This document shows positions 29,402 to 40,280 of a stretch of 64,000 nucleotides of DNA, in pieces; the first letter of the stretch is position 1, and each line of letters starts with the position of its first letter. The position numbers and the translations under genes were made by a program. Source of the DNA: Planctomycetota bacterium (GTDB lineage: Bacteria > Planctomycetota > Planctomycetia > Gemmatales > HRBIN36); the NCBI GenBank assembly GCA_014584395.1, contig JACTMY010000018.1, positions 30,342 through 94,341 of the forward strand. The letters run 5' to 3'. Under the pieces are notes generated by a model. That model had not been told where the DNA came from. It ran no database searches and was given only the letters and a program-made list of their open reading frames with translations.

Positions 29402-31051
29402 ATGACCTCGCCCATCCATGGATATGCGCCGTTCTGGCGTGAATGGACCTGGTGGTTGCTCATTCTCTTTGTCCTTGCGTCCTATTTTGTCAATTTAGAC
29501 CGCATGCCGTTAGTGGGCGAAGAAACCCGCAGAGCTTTGATTGCCCGTGAAATGGTGCAAACGGATGATTGGATCGTGCCTCGACAACAAGGCATTCCCA
29601 GGTTGACCAAGCCACCCATCCAATATTGGGCCATCGCCCTCTCAACGCAACTGTTCGGCGAAGAATCCCGTTGGACGATTCGCTTGCCCTCCGTTTTAGC
29701 CATTCTGCTGACCTGCATGGTGATTTATGGTTATTGCAGACAATGGCTCAGTGCATACGGAGCCTTGGCCGCCGGCATTAGTTTCGCCACCATGCTGGAC
29801 GTCTTGCATTCGGGGCGTCTCGCACAGATCGATGCCATTTTCACCATGTTCTTATCTTCTGCGCTGCTGGTTTGGCATTGGGGCTATTCCAGGAATTGGT
29901 CTGAATGGCTCATCTGGGGATTAAGCTACGGCCTGGCCGCCATGGCGACGTTGACCAAAGGACCGCAAGCGCCGGTTTACTTCATGGCTGGCGTGGGCTT
30001 TTGTCTGTTAGTGCAGCGAGATTGGCGGTTTTTGTTTTCATGGACGCATCTCTGGGGCCTGTTTGTCTATGTTGCGATCCTGGCATCTTGGCTGGTGCCG
30101 TTTTGGTGGGACGTCGGCACAAGCGAAATGGTTCGCCTCTTCCTGAGCGAAGCCTCCATCCGTTCCAATGTCTTTCAGCAGAGCTTTTGGGGACATGCCT
30201 TTCGATTTCCTATCGATAGTTTCTTTAGCCTCTTTCCCGCATCGCTCTTGCTGCCCCTCTTTTTGAGTCGACGGTTGTGGCAAAGCATGGGCCTGTCGAA
30301 GCGTGCCGCTTGGTTTTTGATCGGTTGCATTGGGTTGGCTTATCCGACATGTTGGTTAGCCCCTGGCGGAGAGATTCGGTATCTGATGCCCATCTATCCA
30401 TGCCTGGCTTGCCTGGTGGGCATTGGCATTGAAACGTTATGGAAACGGGCACCCTCCAATGATTGGTTGAGCAACGTGCCATTCATGATGGGCTGGGGAG
30501 CCGTGGCAACTCTGCTCCTGACAGCGGTCGGGGTTCTTGTCATAGCAGTTACGCCATGGAGCGAACCGTTTGGCAAAATGACCCTGGGTCATGCTGGCAT
30601 CATGTCCTTGGTGATTCTGGGCATGGCCTTTGCAATTAACCGCTCACTTCCAACGCATACCGCACTGATAACGCATTTGCTGTTCGGTTGCTTCTTGGCC
30701 ATTCTTTACAATGGCCTGATGATTCCACGTTTGAGCCACCTTTGCCGCGACATGGCTCAAGAGGTCGCGCCGTTAAGAGAAAAGCTGCCCGCAAACGAAC
30801 CACTCACGAGTCTTCATTGGGTGCACCACCGATTTGCGTTCCATTATCCATACCCGATCAACACCGTGGCTTGGCCTCAAGAATGGCCTCGCGAAGGCAG
30901 CCTTTTCTGTTTTGATGGCGGTCTGGACGCGGCGACCTTGCCCTTTCCCTGGGTAGTGGTGGCAAACGTTCCGGTCGATCGATACCGCAAGTCTGGACCT
31001 CCCAAAGAATGGGTCGTGGTGGCACGTCGCTTACCCCCTCCATCAGAGTGA
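29402..31051 (+). CDS. GT39/ArnT-like polytopic glycosyltransferase (PMT_2 family)
   Basis: Loop-1 motif ETRRALIAREMVQTDDWIVPRQQGIPRLTKPPIQYW is typical of the ArnT/PMT family, with more than 10 TM helices. ATG 29402 is preferred over the TTG at 29387. Confidence 0.75.
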   Translation: MTSPIHGYAPFWREWTWWLLILFVLASYFVNLDRMPLVGEETRRALIAREMVQTDDWIVPRQQGIPRLTKPPIQYWAIALSTQLFGEESRWTIRLPSVLAILLTCMVIYGYCRQWLSAYGALAAGISFATMLDVLHSGRLAQIDAIFTMFLSSALLVWHWGYSRNWSEWLIWGLSYGLAAMATLTKGPQAPVYFMAGVGFCLLVQRDWRFLFSWTHLWGLFVYVAILASWLVPFWWDVGTSEMVRLFLSEASIRSNVFQQSFWGHAFRFPIDSFFSLFPASLLLPLFLSRRLWQSMGLSKRAAWFLIGCIGLAYPTCWLAPGGEIRYLMPIYPCLACLVGIGIETLWKRAPSNDWLSNVPFMMGWGAVATLLLTAVGVLVIAVTPWSEPFGKMTLGHAGIMSLVILGMAFAINRSLPTHTALITHLLFGCFLAILYNGLMIPRLSHLCRDMAQEVAPLREKLPANEPLTSLHWVHHRFAFHYPYPINTVAWPQEWPREGSLFCFDGGLDAATLPFPWVVVANVPVDRYRKSGPPKEWVVVARRLPPPSE

Positions 31052-31240
31052 TAGCTACAAATTCACGTTAAAATCTGCACAATTTACCTGGCCAGTTAGG
31101 CAATCTGTTCTTTCCAGGAAACATTTTACTGCCTTTCCACGTCAAACAGGGTATTCTGGTAAAACGTACCGGGCGAGGTGGTTGTGCGCTCGGTGTTGGA
31201 ATATTGGCTGCCACTATCCCATGAGTGCGAGAACATCACC

Positions 31241-34200
31241 ATGAAGCGACAAACTGGATTATCCCGCATGCGTCAATCACGTGCTTCACGTCTCCGCACC
31301 AAGCCAGTCAAACTGAGCCTCGAACATCTAGAAACCCGCGAGATGCCAGCAAGTTTGTCCGGAATGGTTTACATCGATCAAAATTTCGATGGCATCCGGC
31401 AAAGCAGCGAACCCGGCTTGAGCGGCGTGACCATTCAATTGACCGGCACCGACGCCAATGGGGCCGTCGACCGATCCGTCACCACCGGCTCCGATGGCTC
31501 GTGGAATTTCAACAATCTCCTGGCCGGCACCTATACGCTCACCCAAACGCAACCCAGCGGGTTTCTGACTGCATTTGAGACGGTGGGCACGGCTGGAGGA
31601 ACCCCCAGCAGCAATACGTTCAGCGACATCACCCTGACCGCTGATCAAGATGGCATCAACTATCTCTTCGGCGAGCAAGGGATCACGTTGAGTGGAACCG
31701 TATTCAATGACGCTAACGCCAATGGGAATTTAGATGGCGGTGAAACCGGATTCGCTGGCATTCTCATCACCCTAACCAATACGAGTAATAGCCAAACCTT
31801 CCCGACGCTTTCCGATGCATCCGGCCAATACAGCTTTGCAGGACTGGCTCCGGGCAACTACACGGTCACCGCCTCGAATACCAATCCCTCCTTGGGCTTT
31901 TCCACTCCCTCGACCTATACCGTGAACATCACGAACAACGGCTTGCCTGGCGGCGTGCTCACGAATCAAAACTTTGGCCTCAGCCAGGTGGGCAGTCTAA
32001 GCGGCGCTGTTTACATCGATGCGAACAACAATGGCATCCGCGACCCAGGCGAGGCTGGCATCGCTGGCGTGACCATGCTGCTCTCCGGCGTGCAAGCCAA
32101 CAGCGAATTCATCAACCGCACCATCACGACGGGAGCCGACGGCAGCTTCCAGTTCAACGGCCTTTTAGCGGGCACCTACAATCTCACGCAAACACAACCC
32201 AACGGTTTCGCTGATGGCATTATCACCGTTGGCTCCGCGGGGGGAACCGCGGGACCCAACGTCATTGTCGGCATCCATATCACACCCGGAACGCAAGCCA
32301 CGGGTTATCTCTTTGGCGAACTACAAAATCAAGTTTCCAGCCTTTCCGGGCGCGTTTACATCGACCTAAACCGGGACGGTTTCCGACAACCCAATGAACC
32401 CGGCATCTCGGGTGTGACCATTCAAATCACGGGCACCGACATTTTCGGCGCGGCCGTCAATCGCTCCACGACCACCAGCGCCGATGGCAGCTTCTCCTTT
32501 AACGATTTGCTCCCGGGCACCTATTCGCTGGCTCAGACCCAACCCACGGGCTTTCCTGACGGCATCACCACGGCTGGCTCCGAAGGCGGCATGGTCAACG
32601 GCAACGTCATCAGCAACATCGTTCTGGCGGGCGACGTCAATGCCACGGATTATCTCTTCGGGGAATTCGGCATCCGCGTGTCCGGCAACATTTTCAATGA
32701 CACGAATGCCAATGGCGTGCGCGACTTGGGTGAATCGGGTCGAACCGGCGTCACCGTGCAGCTCCGCAACACAGCCACCGGCGTCATCACGCCCTTCATC
32801 ACCGACGTGAATGGCAATTATTTCTTTGACGACCTGGCTCCAGGCAACTACCAAATCAGCGTGGTCAATCCCACGGGATTCTTGCCTTCCAGCCCATCCC
32901 CCTTGACGGTCAATATCACGAACAGCGGCGTCGCGGGCGGCCAAATCATCAATCAAGACATTGGTTTGGCCCAGGTGAGCCGCATCTCAGGGTTCGTTTA
33001 CATCGACCTCAATAACAACGGCATTCGCAACGTGGGCGAACCGGGCATTAGCGGAGTCACCATCACCCTGAATGGCCTGCAAGCCAACGGACAACAAGTG
33101 ACGCGCACGATCACGACGGCCGCAGATGGCAGTTATCATTTCAACGACTTGCTGGCCGGCACCTACAGCTTGACGCAAACGCAACCGAACAACTTCGATG
33201 ATGGTGCCGTCAACGTCGGCACCGCGGGCGGCACGGCGGGCGTCAACGTGATCACGAATATCGGCCTGGGAAGCAACGTCCAAGCCACCGGGTACAACTT
33301 TGGAGAAATCCAGGTTCAATTGGTTAGCTTAACCGGCGTGGTCTTCATCGACCTGAACAACGATGGCAACCGCCAAGCCACAGAAATCGGCATTGCCAAC
33401 GTCGTCATGCAGCTCTCCGGAGTGGCCAACAACGGCGATCAAGTCGATCTGACTGTGAGCACGAATAGCAATGGCATTTTCACGTTCACCAATCTCCGGG
33501 CCGGCACATACACGCTGACGCAGATTCAGCCCGCCAACTTCGCCACGGGCATCACGCGGGCAGGCACGGCCGGCGGCATCGTCGATGGCGACGTCATCAG
33601 CAACATCGTGCTTACCGGTTTGGTCAATGCCACGAACTATCGCTTTGGCGAACGGGGCATCACCATTTCCGGTTCGGTTTTCAATGACCTGAATGCCAAT
33701 GGTGAATTTGACGCCGGCGAACTGGGCCGATCCGGAGTGACCGTCATTCTGCGGAATATCGCCACGGGAGCGTTTGCGGCTCGGGTCTCTTCCGCCACAG
33801 GCGCCTTCCAGTTTGAAAACATTGGCCCCGGCAATTACACCCTGTCCATCAACACCCCCGTGGGCTTCCTGGTCACGTCGGCTAATCTGAACATCAACAT
33901 TCCCAATGACGGCGTCCTGGGCGGCGCCCTCACGGAACAAGACATTGGCCTGGCCGCGAGCAGCAGCCTGTCGGGCCTGGTCTTCCTGGATGCCAACGGT
34001 GATGGCGTCAAACAGAATGACGAGCCTGCCTTGTCGAACATCACGATGCAATTGGCGGGGACGCAAGCCAATGGTCAAAACCTCACCCGCACCATCGTGA
34101 CGAACAGCAATGGCACGTTTCTATTTCAAAATGTCTTGGCGGGAACGTACAACTTGAGCGTCACGCCGAACAATGGTTTCGTCACGACGTCGATCACGAT

Positions 34201-34693
34201 CGGCACGGCCGGCGGCGAGCCGAGCGGCGACGTGGTCAACAATCTGAACCTCGGCGTGGGTCAAAACGCGACGGGTTATGTCTTTGCCCAGCAGCCCATT
34301 AACGATCGCAGCTTGATCACGGGTCGGGTTTACGTCGACCGCAACGTGAACGGCCGCTTTGACGCGGGCGACATCGGGATCGAGAATGTCATCGTGCAGC
34401 TTCGCGGACGGGACGAAAACGGCCAAGCCGTGGTCAATACCGTGCTCACGGATTTCAACGGCAACTACGTTTTCGGCAACCTCAGGCCCGGCGTCTACCA
34501 TATCATCGAATTCCAACCGCGCGGTTTTGGCAATGGCCGCACCTCCGTGGGCACGCGCGGCGGCCTGGCGACCACGAATATCGTCCAAGGGATTCAACTC
34601 AGTGCGGGCGACATTGCTTCGGGCTACGATTTCGGAGAAATCCTGCCTCTCCCCAGCCGGCGCTATCTGATTGCTTCGCGTTATTGGATGTAG
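31241..34693 (+). CDS. Secreted giant repeat protein with ten SdrD-B/Cna-B-like (carboxypeptidase-regulatory-like) domains
   Basis: The N-terminus MKRQTGLSRMRQSRASRLRTKPVKLSLEHLETREMPA is a planctomycete-type leader motif. It is followed by ten ~100-115-aa beta-sandwich units of two kinds (VYID.N.DG.R...EPG..GVT..L.G....G and VFND.NANG..D.GE.G..GV...L). Confidence 0.8.
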   Translation: MKRQTGLSRMRQSRASRLRTKPVKLSLEHLETREMPASLSGMVYIDQNFDGIRQSSEPGLSGVTIQLTGTDANGAVDRSVTTGSDGSWNFNNLLAGTYTLTQTQPSGFLTAFETVGTAGGTPSSNTFSDITLTADQDGINYLFGEQGITLSGTVFNDANANGNLDGGETGFAGILITLTNTSNSQTFPTLSDASGQYSFAGLAPGNYTVTASNTNPSLGFSTPSTYTVNITNNGLPGGVLTNQNFGLSQVGSLSGAVYIDANNNGIRDPGEAGIAGVTMLLSGVQANSEFINRTITTGADGSFQFNGLLAGTYNLTQTQPNGFADGIITVGSAGGTAGPNVIVGIHITPGTQATGYLFGELQNQVSSLSGRVYIDLNRDGFRQPNEPGISGVTIQITGTDIFGAAVNRSTTTSADGSFSFNDLLPGTYSLAQTQPTGFPDGITTAGSEGGMVNGNVISNIVLAGDVNATDYLFGEFGIRVSGNIFNDTNANGVRDLGESGRTGVTVQLRNTATGVITPFITDVNGNYFFDDLAPGNYQISVVNPTGFLPSSPSPLTVNITNSGVAGGQIINQDIGLAQVSRISGFVYIDLNNNGIRNVGEPGISGVTITLNGLQANGQQVTRTITTAADGSYHFNDLLAGTYSLTQTQPNNFDDGAVNVGTAGGTAGVNVITNIGLGSNVQATGYNFGEIQVQLVSLTGVVFIDLNNDGNRQATEIGIANVVMQLSGVANNGDQVDLTVSTNSNGIFTFTNLRAGTYTLTQIQPANFATGITRAGTAGGIVDGDVISNIVLTGLVNATNYRFGERGITISGSVFNDLNANGEFDAGELGRSGVTVILRNIATGAFAARVSSATGAFQFENIGPGNYTLSINTPVGFLVTSANLNINIPNDGVLGGALTEQDIGLAASSSLSGLVFLDANGDGVKQNDEPALSNITMQLAGTQANGQNLTRTIVTNSNGTFLFQNVLAGTYNLSVTPNNGFVTTSITIGTAGGEPSGDVVNNLNLGVGQNATGYVFAQQPINDRSLITGRVYVDRNVNGRFDAGDIGIENVIVQLRGRDENGQAVVNTVLTDFNGNYVFGNLRPGVYHIIEFQPRGFGNGRTSVGTRGGLATTNIVQGIQLSAGDIASGYDFGEILPLPSRRYLIASRYWM
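31358..34642 (+). repeat. Intragenic domain repeats arranged in a ~990-bp super-repeat
   Basis: Domain order is A-B-A-A-B-A-A-B-A-A. B-type units begin at 31679, 32669 and 33656 (ggcatc...ttcaatgac), giving periods of 990 and 987 bp. Confidence 0.8.
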
Positions 34694-34727
34694 GAGGCCT
34701 GAAACTCGATCTTCTGAATCGACTCCA

Positions 34728-34760
34728 CTGCGCGGCTTCCCAAGTCGCGCAGTTTTTTTA
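34728..34760 (+). terminator. Intrinsic terminator after the repeat-protein gene
   Basis: Stem CTGCGCG (34728-34734) / CGCGCAG (34746-34752) followed by TTTTTTT (34753-34759). Confidence 0.75.
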
Positions 34761-34901
34761 TTTTCCCCAAAGCGTTCCCTTCGCATAACCCCAACCTTGT
34801 GAATGATCGATCTTTCCAGAAAAGTCCCCACTTTCGCCCGGTTTTGGCCGATCAATAAGGACAACGGCCCACCATTGGGAGCGATGCGCACATGCATGGC
34901 C

Positions 34902-36431
34902 ATGAGGGGAGGGAAACGGATGAATCGTTTGTCGCGGGGCTGCTTGATTGCCTTGACTTTAAGCGGCTATTGCATGCAAGCCTGGTCGGAGGAGCGTTCG
35001 ATTTCGCTTATGCCGCCCATCAAGCGCTACGTCGACCGGACGAGTCAGGGCGACTTCGTTTCCACATCGGATCAAGATGGCTCAGCTTCATCGGTGGAAA
35101 ATGCGGTCTATGATCCGGCGCTCACGGGCGGAGTCCGCCCCCGCGGCTCGAAGCTGCCGCGAGCGATGGGGCAATCCTCTGCACCGGTACAAACCACGGT
35201 CCAAGAGGTCGTCCCTCGAAGCGAATTGATGCCTCATCAAGAGCGCTACGAATCGGCTCCGACCATCCCCACGCTCGAGATTCCCATCCCCTCGATCAGC
35301 CTCCCCGACGTTGAGAATCTCTGGGCCACAGGCGCCATGATTCCAGGCGATGTGGAAGATCCCACCTGGATATTCACCGAGTACCTCGTCTGGGGCATGC
35401 GGGCCGCGAAAATGCCGGCCATCGTCACCACCAGTTTCAACGTGGATTCGCTCGGAAGGCTGGATCAGCCTGACACGCGCGTCTTGTTCGGCGAAGACGT
35501 CTCTCTGCCGTGGAAACAAGGTTTCCGCTTTCACATTGGCAGTTGGTTCGAACCCACCGAAACGTTGGGGATTGATGGTTCCTACATGGTGCTGTTCAAT
35601 CGATCCAGATTTTACGAATCCGGCGGCCAAGCCGATACGCTGACGGCGAGACCCTTCTTCAACGTTTTAACCGGCAAGGCGGATTCAGGCCCGATCGTGA
35701 CGCCCCCTTCCGCGACCAATCCGAACATCATCCCCACGGGGGGCGGCATTATCGTGGATATGCCGAGTCGGTTCCAAAGCGTCGAAGTGAATGCCATTTC
35801 CAATTACCGGCGCGGCATGGACGGGAGAATCGACTGGTTTGCTGGTTTTCGCTACTTCAATCTGACCGAGGGCTTGTCGATTTATGAAGCCCTTTATGTG
35901 GACGATCCCGCAGCTCAGCTCGCCGGCACGACCTTCGCTTTCCAGGATTCGTTCGACACCCGCAATTACATCTACACGGCCCAAGTCGGGGCGCGCCTGG
36001 TTTCGCGCCGCGGTTGTTTTTCATACACGATCACAGGCCGCTTGGGCATGGGCTGGAGCCATCAGGCTGCCCGCATTGACGGCGGCACGATGATTTGGGA
36101 TCGCGTCACCTTCCCGCAAATCTATCAAGGCGGCTTTCTGACCCAAGCCAGCAGCACCGGCAACTACAATCAAGATAAATTCATTTTCACCCCGGAAATC
36201 GGCTTCAAGGTCTCCTATGAACTGGCCGACCACGTGAACGTGTCGCTGGGGTATAGCTTGATCTTCCTCTCCAGCGTCCTGCGGCCTGGCGACCTCATCG
36301 ATACGCGGCTGAATCCGAATTTCCTCGCTCCAGCCGAGGGATCGTTGGCCCCTCATTTGCCGCAACCGGTCTTCAAGGATTCCACCTTCTGGACGCATGG
36401 AGCAACGTTTGGCTTTGATTTCCATTACTAA
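34902..36431 (+). CDS. BBP7-family outer-membrane beta-barrel protein
   Basis: The signature TWIFTEYLVWGMRAAKMPAIVTTS resembles the conserved EYL.WW....PPLVTT start of the BBP7 barrel. C-terminal ...ATFGFDFHY has an aromatic terminus. Signal peptide LIALTLSGYCMQAWS. Start is ATG 34902 or 34920. Confidence 0.75.
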   Translation: MRGGKRMNRLSRGCLIALTLSGYCMQAWSEERSISLMPPIKRYVDRTSQGDFVSTSDQDGSASSVENAVYDPALTGGVRPRGSKLPRAMGQSSAPVQTTVQEVVPRSELMPHQERYESAPTIPTLEIPIPSISLPDVENLWATGAMIPGDVEDPTWIFTEYLVWGMRAAKMPAIVTTSFNVDSLGRLDQPDTRVLFGEDVSLPWKQGFRFHIGSWFEPTETLGIDGSYMVLFNRSRFYESGGQADTLTARPFFNVLTGKADSGPIVTPPSATNPNIIPTGGGIIVDMPSRFQSVEVNAISNYRRGMDGRIDWFAGFRYFNLTEGLSIYEALYVDDPAAQLAGTTFAFQDSFDTRNYIYTAQVGARLVSRRGCFSYTITGRLGMGWSHQAARIDGGTMIWDRVTFPQIYQGGFLTQASSTGNYNQDKFIFTPEIGFKVSYELADHVNVSLGYSLIFLSSVLRPGDLIDTRLNPNFLAPAEGSLAPHLPQPVFKDSTFWTHGATFGFDFHY

Positions 36432-36613
36432 CATGCTATCTTGACCAGCACGCTTCACGAATAAACTGTCCAGAAAAAGACGGCACTCACCGCGGCAGTG
36501 TTTCGTGTCGCACGTTCTGCGACAGGAACGGCTCGCACATCCATTTCTTGATTGCTTCCAAATGATGGTGTGCGAAGATGGAGATTCCCTTTTCCCCTCC
36601 TTGATGCCCTTGC

Positions 36614-38026
36614 ATGAGAAAGATCATGGCCACCTCCGACCTGTGCATCACCTTTCATGGGGCCGCGCGCACGGTGACTGGCTCCATGCATCACATTCGT
36701 TTCCGGAATCGGCACTACTTGCTCGATTGCGGTCTCTACCAAGGCCGCCGATCCGAGGCGCGGGAGAGGAACACGACCTTTCCGTTTCGTCCCAAGGATG
36801 TGGACGTCGTGATCCTCAGCCATGCCCATATTGACCACTGTGGGAATCTACCCAACCTGGTTAAACAGGGTTTTGCCGGACCCATCTATTGCACGCCTGC
36901 CACGAGGGATTTAATCGCCGTCATGCTCGCGGACTCCGCCAAGATTCAAGAGGAAGACGCGGCCTTCTTAAATCGCAAGAAGCCCAAAGATCAAGCGATT
37001 CAGCCCCTCTACAACGCCATCGACGTTCGCAATACGCTGCGTCGCTGCCAAGCCATTCCCTACCATCAGACCTTTCATCCTGAACACGATCTTGAAGTTC
37101 GCTTCACCGATGCGGGGCACATTCTCGGTTCCGCCATCACGCATTTGCGCTTTACGGCCAACGGCACCCATCACACCGTGACCTTCACCGGCGATCTGGG
37201 TCGGCCCGGCATGCCGATCCTCCGCGATCCTGAGCCGTTGCCGGAAGCCGATTGGGTCATTACCGAGTCCACGTATGGCGGCCGACTCCATGAACCGCCT
37301 GAGAAGTCCATTGACGCCCTGGGCGTTGCCGTGAAGCGCATCCTGAGCCGAGGCGGGAAAGTCTTGATCCCGGCGTTTAGCTTGGGCCGAACGCAGTCCC
37401 TGCTCTATGATCTGCAAGGATTGATCCGGCAAGGCGCGGTGCCGGCGACGTCGATTTTTGTCGATAGTCCGCTCGCCTTGGCTTCCACCAACGTATATGC
37501 CATGCATTCAGATTGCTTCGACGATGAAACCATGGATTTGCTCGAAGCCGACGCGGATTTGATCAGTGGAAATAATGTCTACTATCTGCAGCGCGCCATC
37601 GACAGCATGACGTTGAACGAGAGGCTCGATCCCTGCATTATCATTGCGGCCAGCGGCATGTGCGAGGCAGGCCGCATTCTCCATCACTTGAAACACCACG
37701 TCGGCGATCCGAAAAATGGCGTCTTGATCGTCAGTTATCAAGCCGAACACACGCTGGGATGGAAACTGGTCAAGCGTTGGCCCGTTGTGCGCATTCTGGA
37801 TCGAGAGATTGAGCCCAAAGCTGAAGTCGTTCCGCTCCCTGGCCTTTCCAGTCACGCGGACCATCAGGATTTGCTCAATGCACTGTTGCCCATCGCGGGG
37901 CGTGCCAAAGGCCTATTTCTTGTGCATGGCGAACTCCGCTCCGCGGAGGCCTTGGCCGAGGCTCTTAAGGAACAGAGTATTCCCCATGTCCATATTCCCG
38001 AACCCGGATTCAAAATCGAAGTCTGA
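36614..38026 (+). CDS. MBL-fold beta-CASP family RNA-metabolising hydrolase
   Basis: ITFHGAARTVTGS, SHAHIDHCG (H-x-H-x-D-H), a later SSHAD motif, ~460 aa. Confidence 0.8.
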   Translation: MRKIMATSDLCITFHGAARTVTGSMHHIRFRNRHYLLDCGLYQGRRSEARERNTTFPFRPKDVDVVILSHAHIDHCGNLPNLVKQGFAGPIYCTPATRDLIAVMLADSAKIQEEDAAFLNRKKPKDQAIQPLYNAIDVRNTLRRCQAIPYHQTFHPEHDLEVRFTDAGHILGSAITHLRFTANGTHHTVTFTGDLGRPGMPILRDPEPLPEADWVITESTYGGRLHEPPEKSIDALGVAVKRILSRGGKVLIPAFSLGRTQSLLYDLQGLIRQGAVPATSIFVDSPLALASTNVYAMHSDCFDDETMDLLEADADLISGNNVYYLQRAIDSMTLNERLDPCIIIAASGMCEAGRILHHLKHHVGDPKNGVLIVSYQAEHTLGWKLVKRWPVVRILDREIEPKAEVVPLPGLSSHADHQDLLNALLPIAGRAKGLFLVHGELRSAEALAEALKEQSIPHVHIPEPGFKIEV

Positions 38027-38135
38027 TGTTCCCCGTGCGGCCTTGCGCTAGTAGCCTTTTCGTCATTTGCACATCATCCATGAGCGTTGGCGGATCTAGC
38101 AAGTGAACATCAGTCTGCTTCATAAATGGTGCATT

Positions 38136-40079
38136 TCATGGGGAAGCAGACGCAGGCTGATCCAGCACCTCCCTGACCTTCGCCATTAAGGATCGAGTCG
38201 TGAATGGCTTGGCCAGGAAGTAGCGACTTTCTCGTTTCACGCCATATTGCAATAATTCATCATCATTGTAACCCGAAATATAAAGCACTTTCAGTCCAGG
38301 CCGCTCCTGGACCATTCGATCCGCCAGCTCGCGCCCGCTCATCTTGGGCATGACGACGTCCGTGACGAGGAGGGCAATCGCTTCCTGGGTGCGCTGACAT
38401 AGTTCCAAGGCCTCTGGACCGTTTTCCACCTCCAGCACATGATAGCCTGCCAATTGCAGGACGCGTGCGCACAGCGATCTGACCTCCATTTGATCCTCGA
38501 CGAGCAGAATCGTTTCGTTTCCCAGCGGCGCGGAAGCGAGGCTCGCCTCCTGTCGAACCTGGCCGTCAAAGGCTGCCGCGCTAGGGAAATCGAGGAGAAA
38601 CTGCGTCCCGCCACCCGGCGAGCTTTGCACTTCGATTAAACCGCCCGATTTTTTTACGATGGCATCCACCGTGGCCATGCCAAGTCCTGTTCCCTTGCCT
38701 GTTTTCGTTGTAAAGAATGGTTCGTACAGCCGCTCGATCACTTCTTGTTCCATGCCGATGCCGGAATCCAAGACCCTCAAGCGGACATAATGACCAGGCG
38801 GATAGTCTTGACCGCGCGAATTCACCGGCTCCGTTCTGTGCACGTTTGTGGTTTGGAGCCATAGTTCACCGCCGTGCGGCATCGCATCCCGCGCGTTGAC
38901 AGCCAAGTTCATGACCACCTGTTCGATTTGCATTGGGTCCGCCAGAATGCGGTCGAGCTTGGGATCCAATTCGATCCGCAAATCGATGTTTTCCCCGATC
39001 AAACGCAAGAGCATCCGTTGCATATCCCGAATCACGGTGTTCAGGTCCATGAGTTTCGGTGAAATCACGGATTTGCGGCTAAAGGCCAAGAGTTGCCGCG
39101 TGAGAGAGGTGGCACGCTCAGCCGCCTTGCGGATTTCATCGACTAGTTCCACCCCCGCTGTTGAAATATGACCATCATCGACCAACAGGTCGCAATAGCC
39201 GGCAATGGCCGTCAGGAGATTGTTGAAGTCATGGGCAACTCCCCCTGCCAGGATGCCGACCGCCTCCATGCGCTGGGCATGGCGGAATTGTTCCTCCAGT
39301 AGCTTCTGTTCGGTCACGTCGATGAACAGGCCATGCCAAATCAAGTCAGAGGAAATTGAGTCCATCGATGGCGTGGCACAACCGCGAATCCATTTGACCT
39401 TGCCATTGGAATGGCGGATGCGAAATTCGAACATCCACGGCTGCATGTTCTCCGCGGCCTTGTGCAAGCTGCGCAGGTAGGCGTGCCGATCCTCGTCGAG
39501 CATGATTTGTGTGATCAACTCAGGGTCGAGCGCTATGTCAGCCACGGCCAAACCGAAAAGCTGCTCGCCGCCTCGGCTCATGAAGTCGACCTGTTTGCCG
39601 CCGCCTTGGGTCCAGCGAATTTGGTAAACGGCCCCGGGAATGGCATCCGTGAGATGTTTCAAGCGCGCTTCGCTGGCCAACAGGGCTTTCACCGCGTGGA
39701 TGCGCTCGGTCACGTCATGGAGCACGGAAAGGAGCAAGGTTTTCTCACCCGATGCGACCGGGCTGGAGTGAACCTCGACTTGCCGAATTTCCCCGCTGGC
39801 CAGACGATGAGGGAAGATGAAGGAATTCAATTTGTAGTTTTTGGCCTGCTGAACGTACTCCGACACCTGCGCAGGGGGCAATTGATTGATGTTGTGAACT
39901 TTGAGGGTTTTTAGATGAGTGCGCGAATAGCCGTAAAAATCCACGGCGGCTGGATTAGCGTCCACGATCTGGCCCGACTCCGGTTCCACGAGCCACATCG
40001 GCAAAGAGTGGTTCTCGAAGAACGAAGTGAACAAGGCTACCTCAGAGACCACCGGCTCATGTTGTGGTTCCATGGCCAC
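38136..40079 (-). CDS. Hybrid sensor histidine kinase (2 PAS, HisKA, HATPase_c, C-terminal receiver)
   Basis: H-box [14 protein letters not shown]-box [22 protein letters not shown]. Receiver [11 protein letters not shown]...[16 protein letters not shown] at 40079 or ATG at 40073. Confidence 0.9.
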   Translation of the reverse strand: MAMEPQHEPVVSEVALFTSFFENHSLPMWLVEPESGQIVDANPAAVDFYGYSRTHLKTLKVHNINQLPPAQVSEYVQQAKNYKLNSFIFPHRLASGEIRQVEVHSSPVASGEKTLLLSVLHDVTERIHAVKALLASEARLKHLTDAIPGAVYQIRWTQGGGKQVDFMSRGGEQLFGLAVADIALDPELITQIMLDEDRHAYLRSLHKAAENMQPWMFEFRIRHSNGKVKWIRGCATPSMDSISSDLIWHGLFIDVTEQKLLEEQFRHAQRMEAVGILAGGVAHDFNNLLTAIAGYCDLLVDDGHISTAGVELVDEIRKAAERATSLTRQLLAFSRKSVISPKLMDLNTVIRDMQRMLLRLIGENIDLRIELDPKLDRILADPMQIEQVVMNLAVNARDAMPHGGELWLQTTNVHRTEPVNSRGQDYPPGHYVRLRVLDSGIGMEQEVIERLYEPFFTTKTGKGTGLGMATVDAIVKKSGGLIEVQSSPGGGTQFLLDFPSAAAFDGQVRQEASLASAPLGNETILLVEDQMEVRSLCARVLQLAGYHVLEVENGPEALELCQRTQEAIALLVTDVVMPKMSGRELADRMVQERPGLKVLYISGYNDDELLQYGVKRESRYFLAKPFTTRSLMAKVREVLDQPASASP

Positions 40080-40280
40080 TTCGATTGGGTATGGCTATGG
40101 ATGGTTAACCATCGAACACGGATTGGATCGCGACGCTTCGATGGCGACGTCGTCCTTGAAATGCGCTGCTCCATGTACTCAAGTTTAATGCGAATTCATA
40201 ACGATGGGAAGTGTCTATTCAGTCACTTTGATCAGGTCAATGCACTGCGCCGAAGCGGATGACCACTTTCTCACTCTCGA

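Noticed and set aside
34121-34903. 260-aa minus-strand ORF spanning the end of the repeat-protein gene and the terminator
   Set aside because: It crosses a strong plus-strand intrinsic terminator and overlaps two well-supported plus-strand genes. Its composition is low-complexity.
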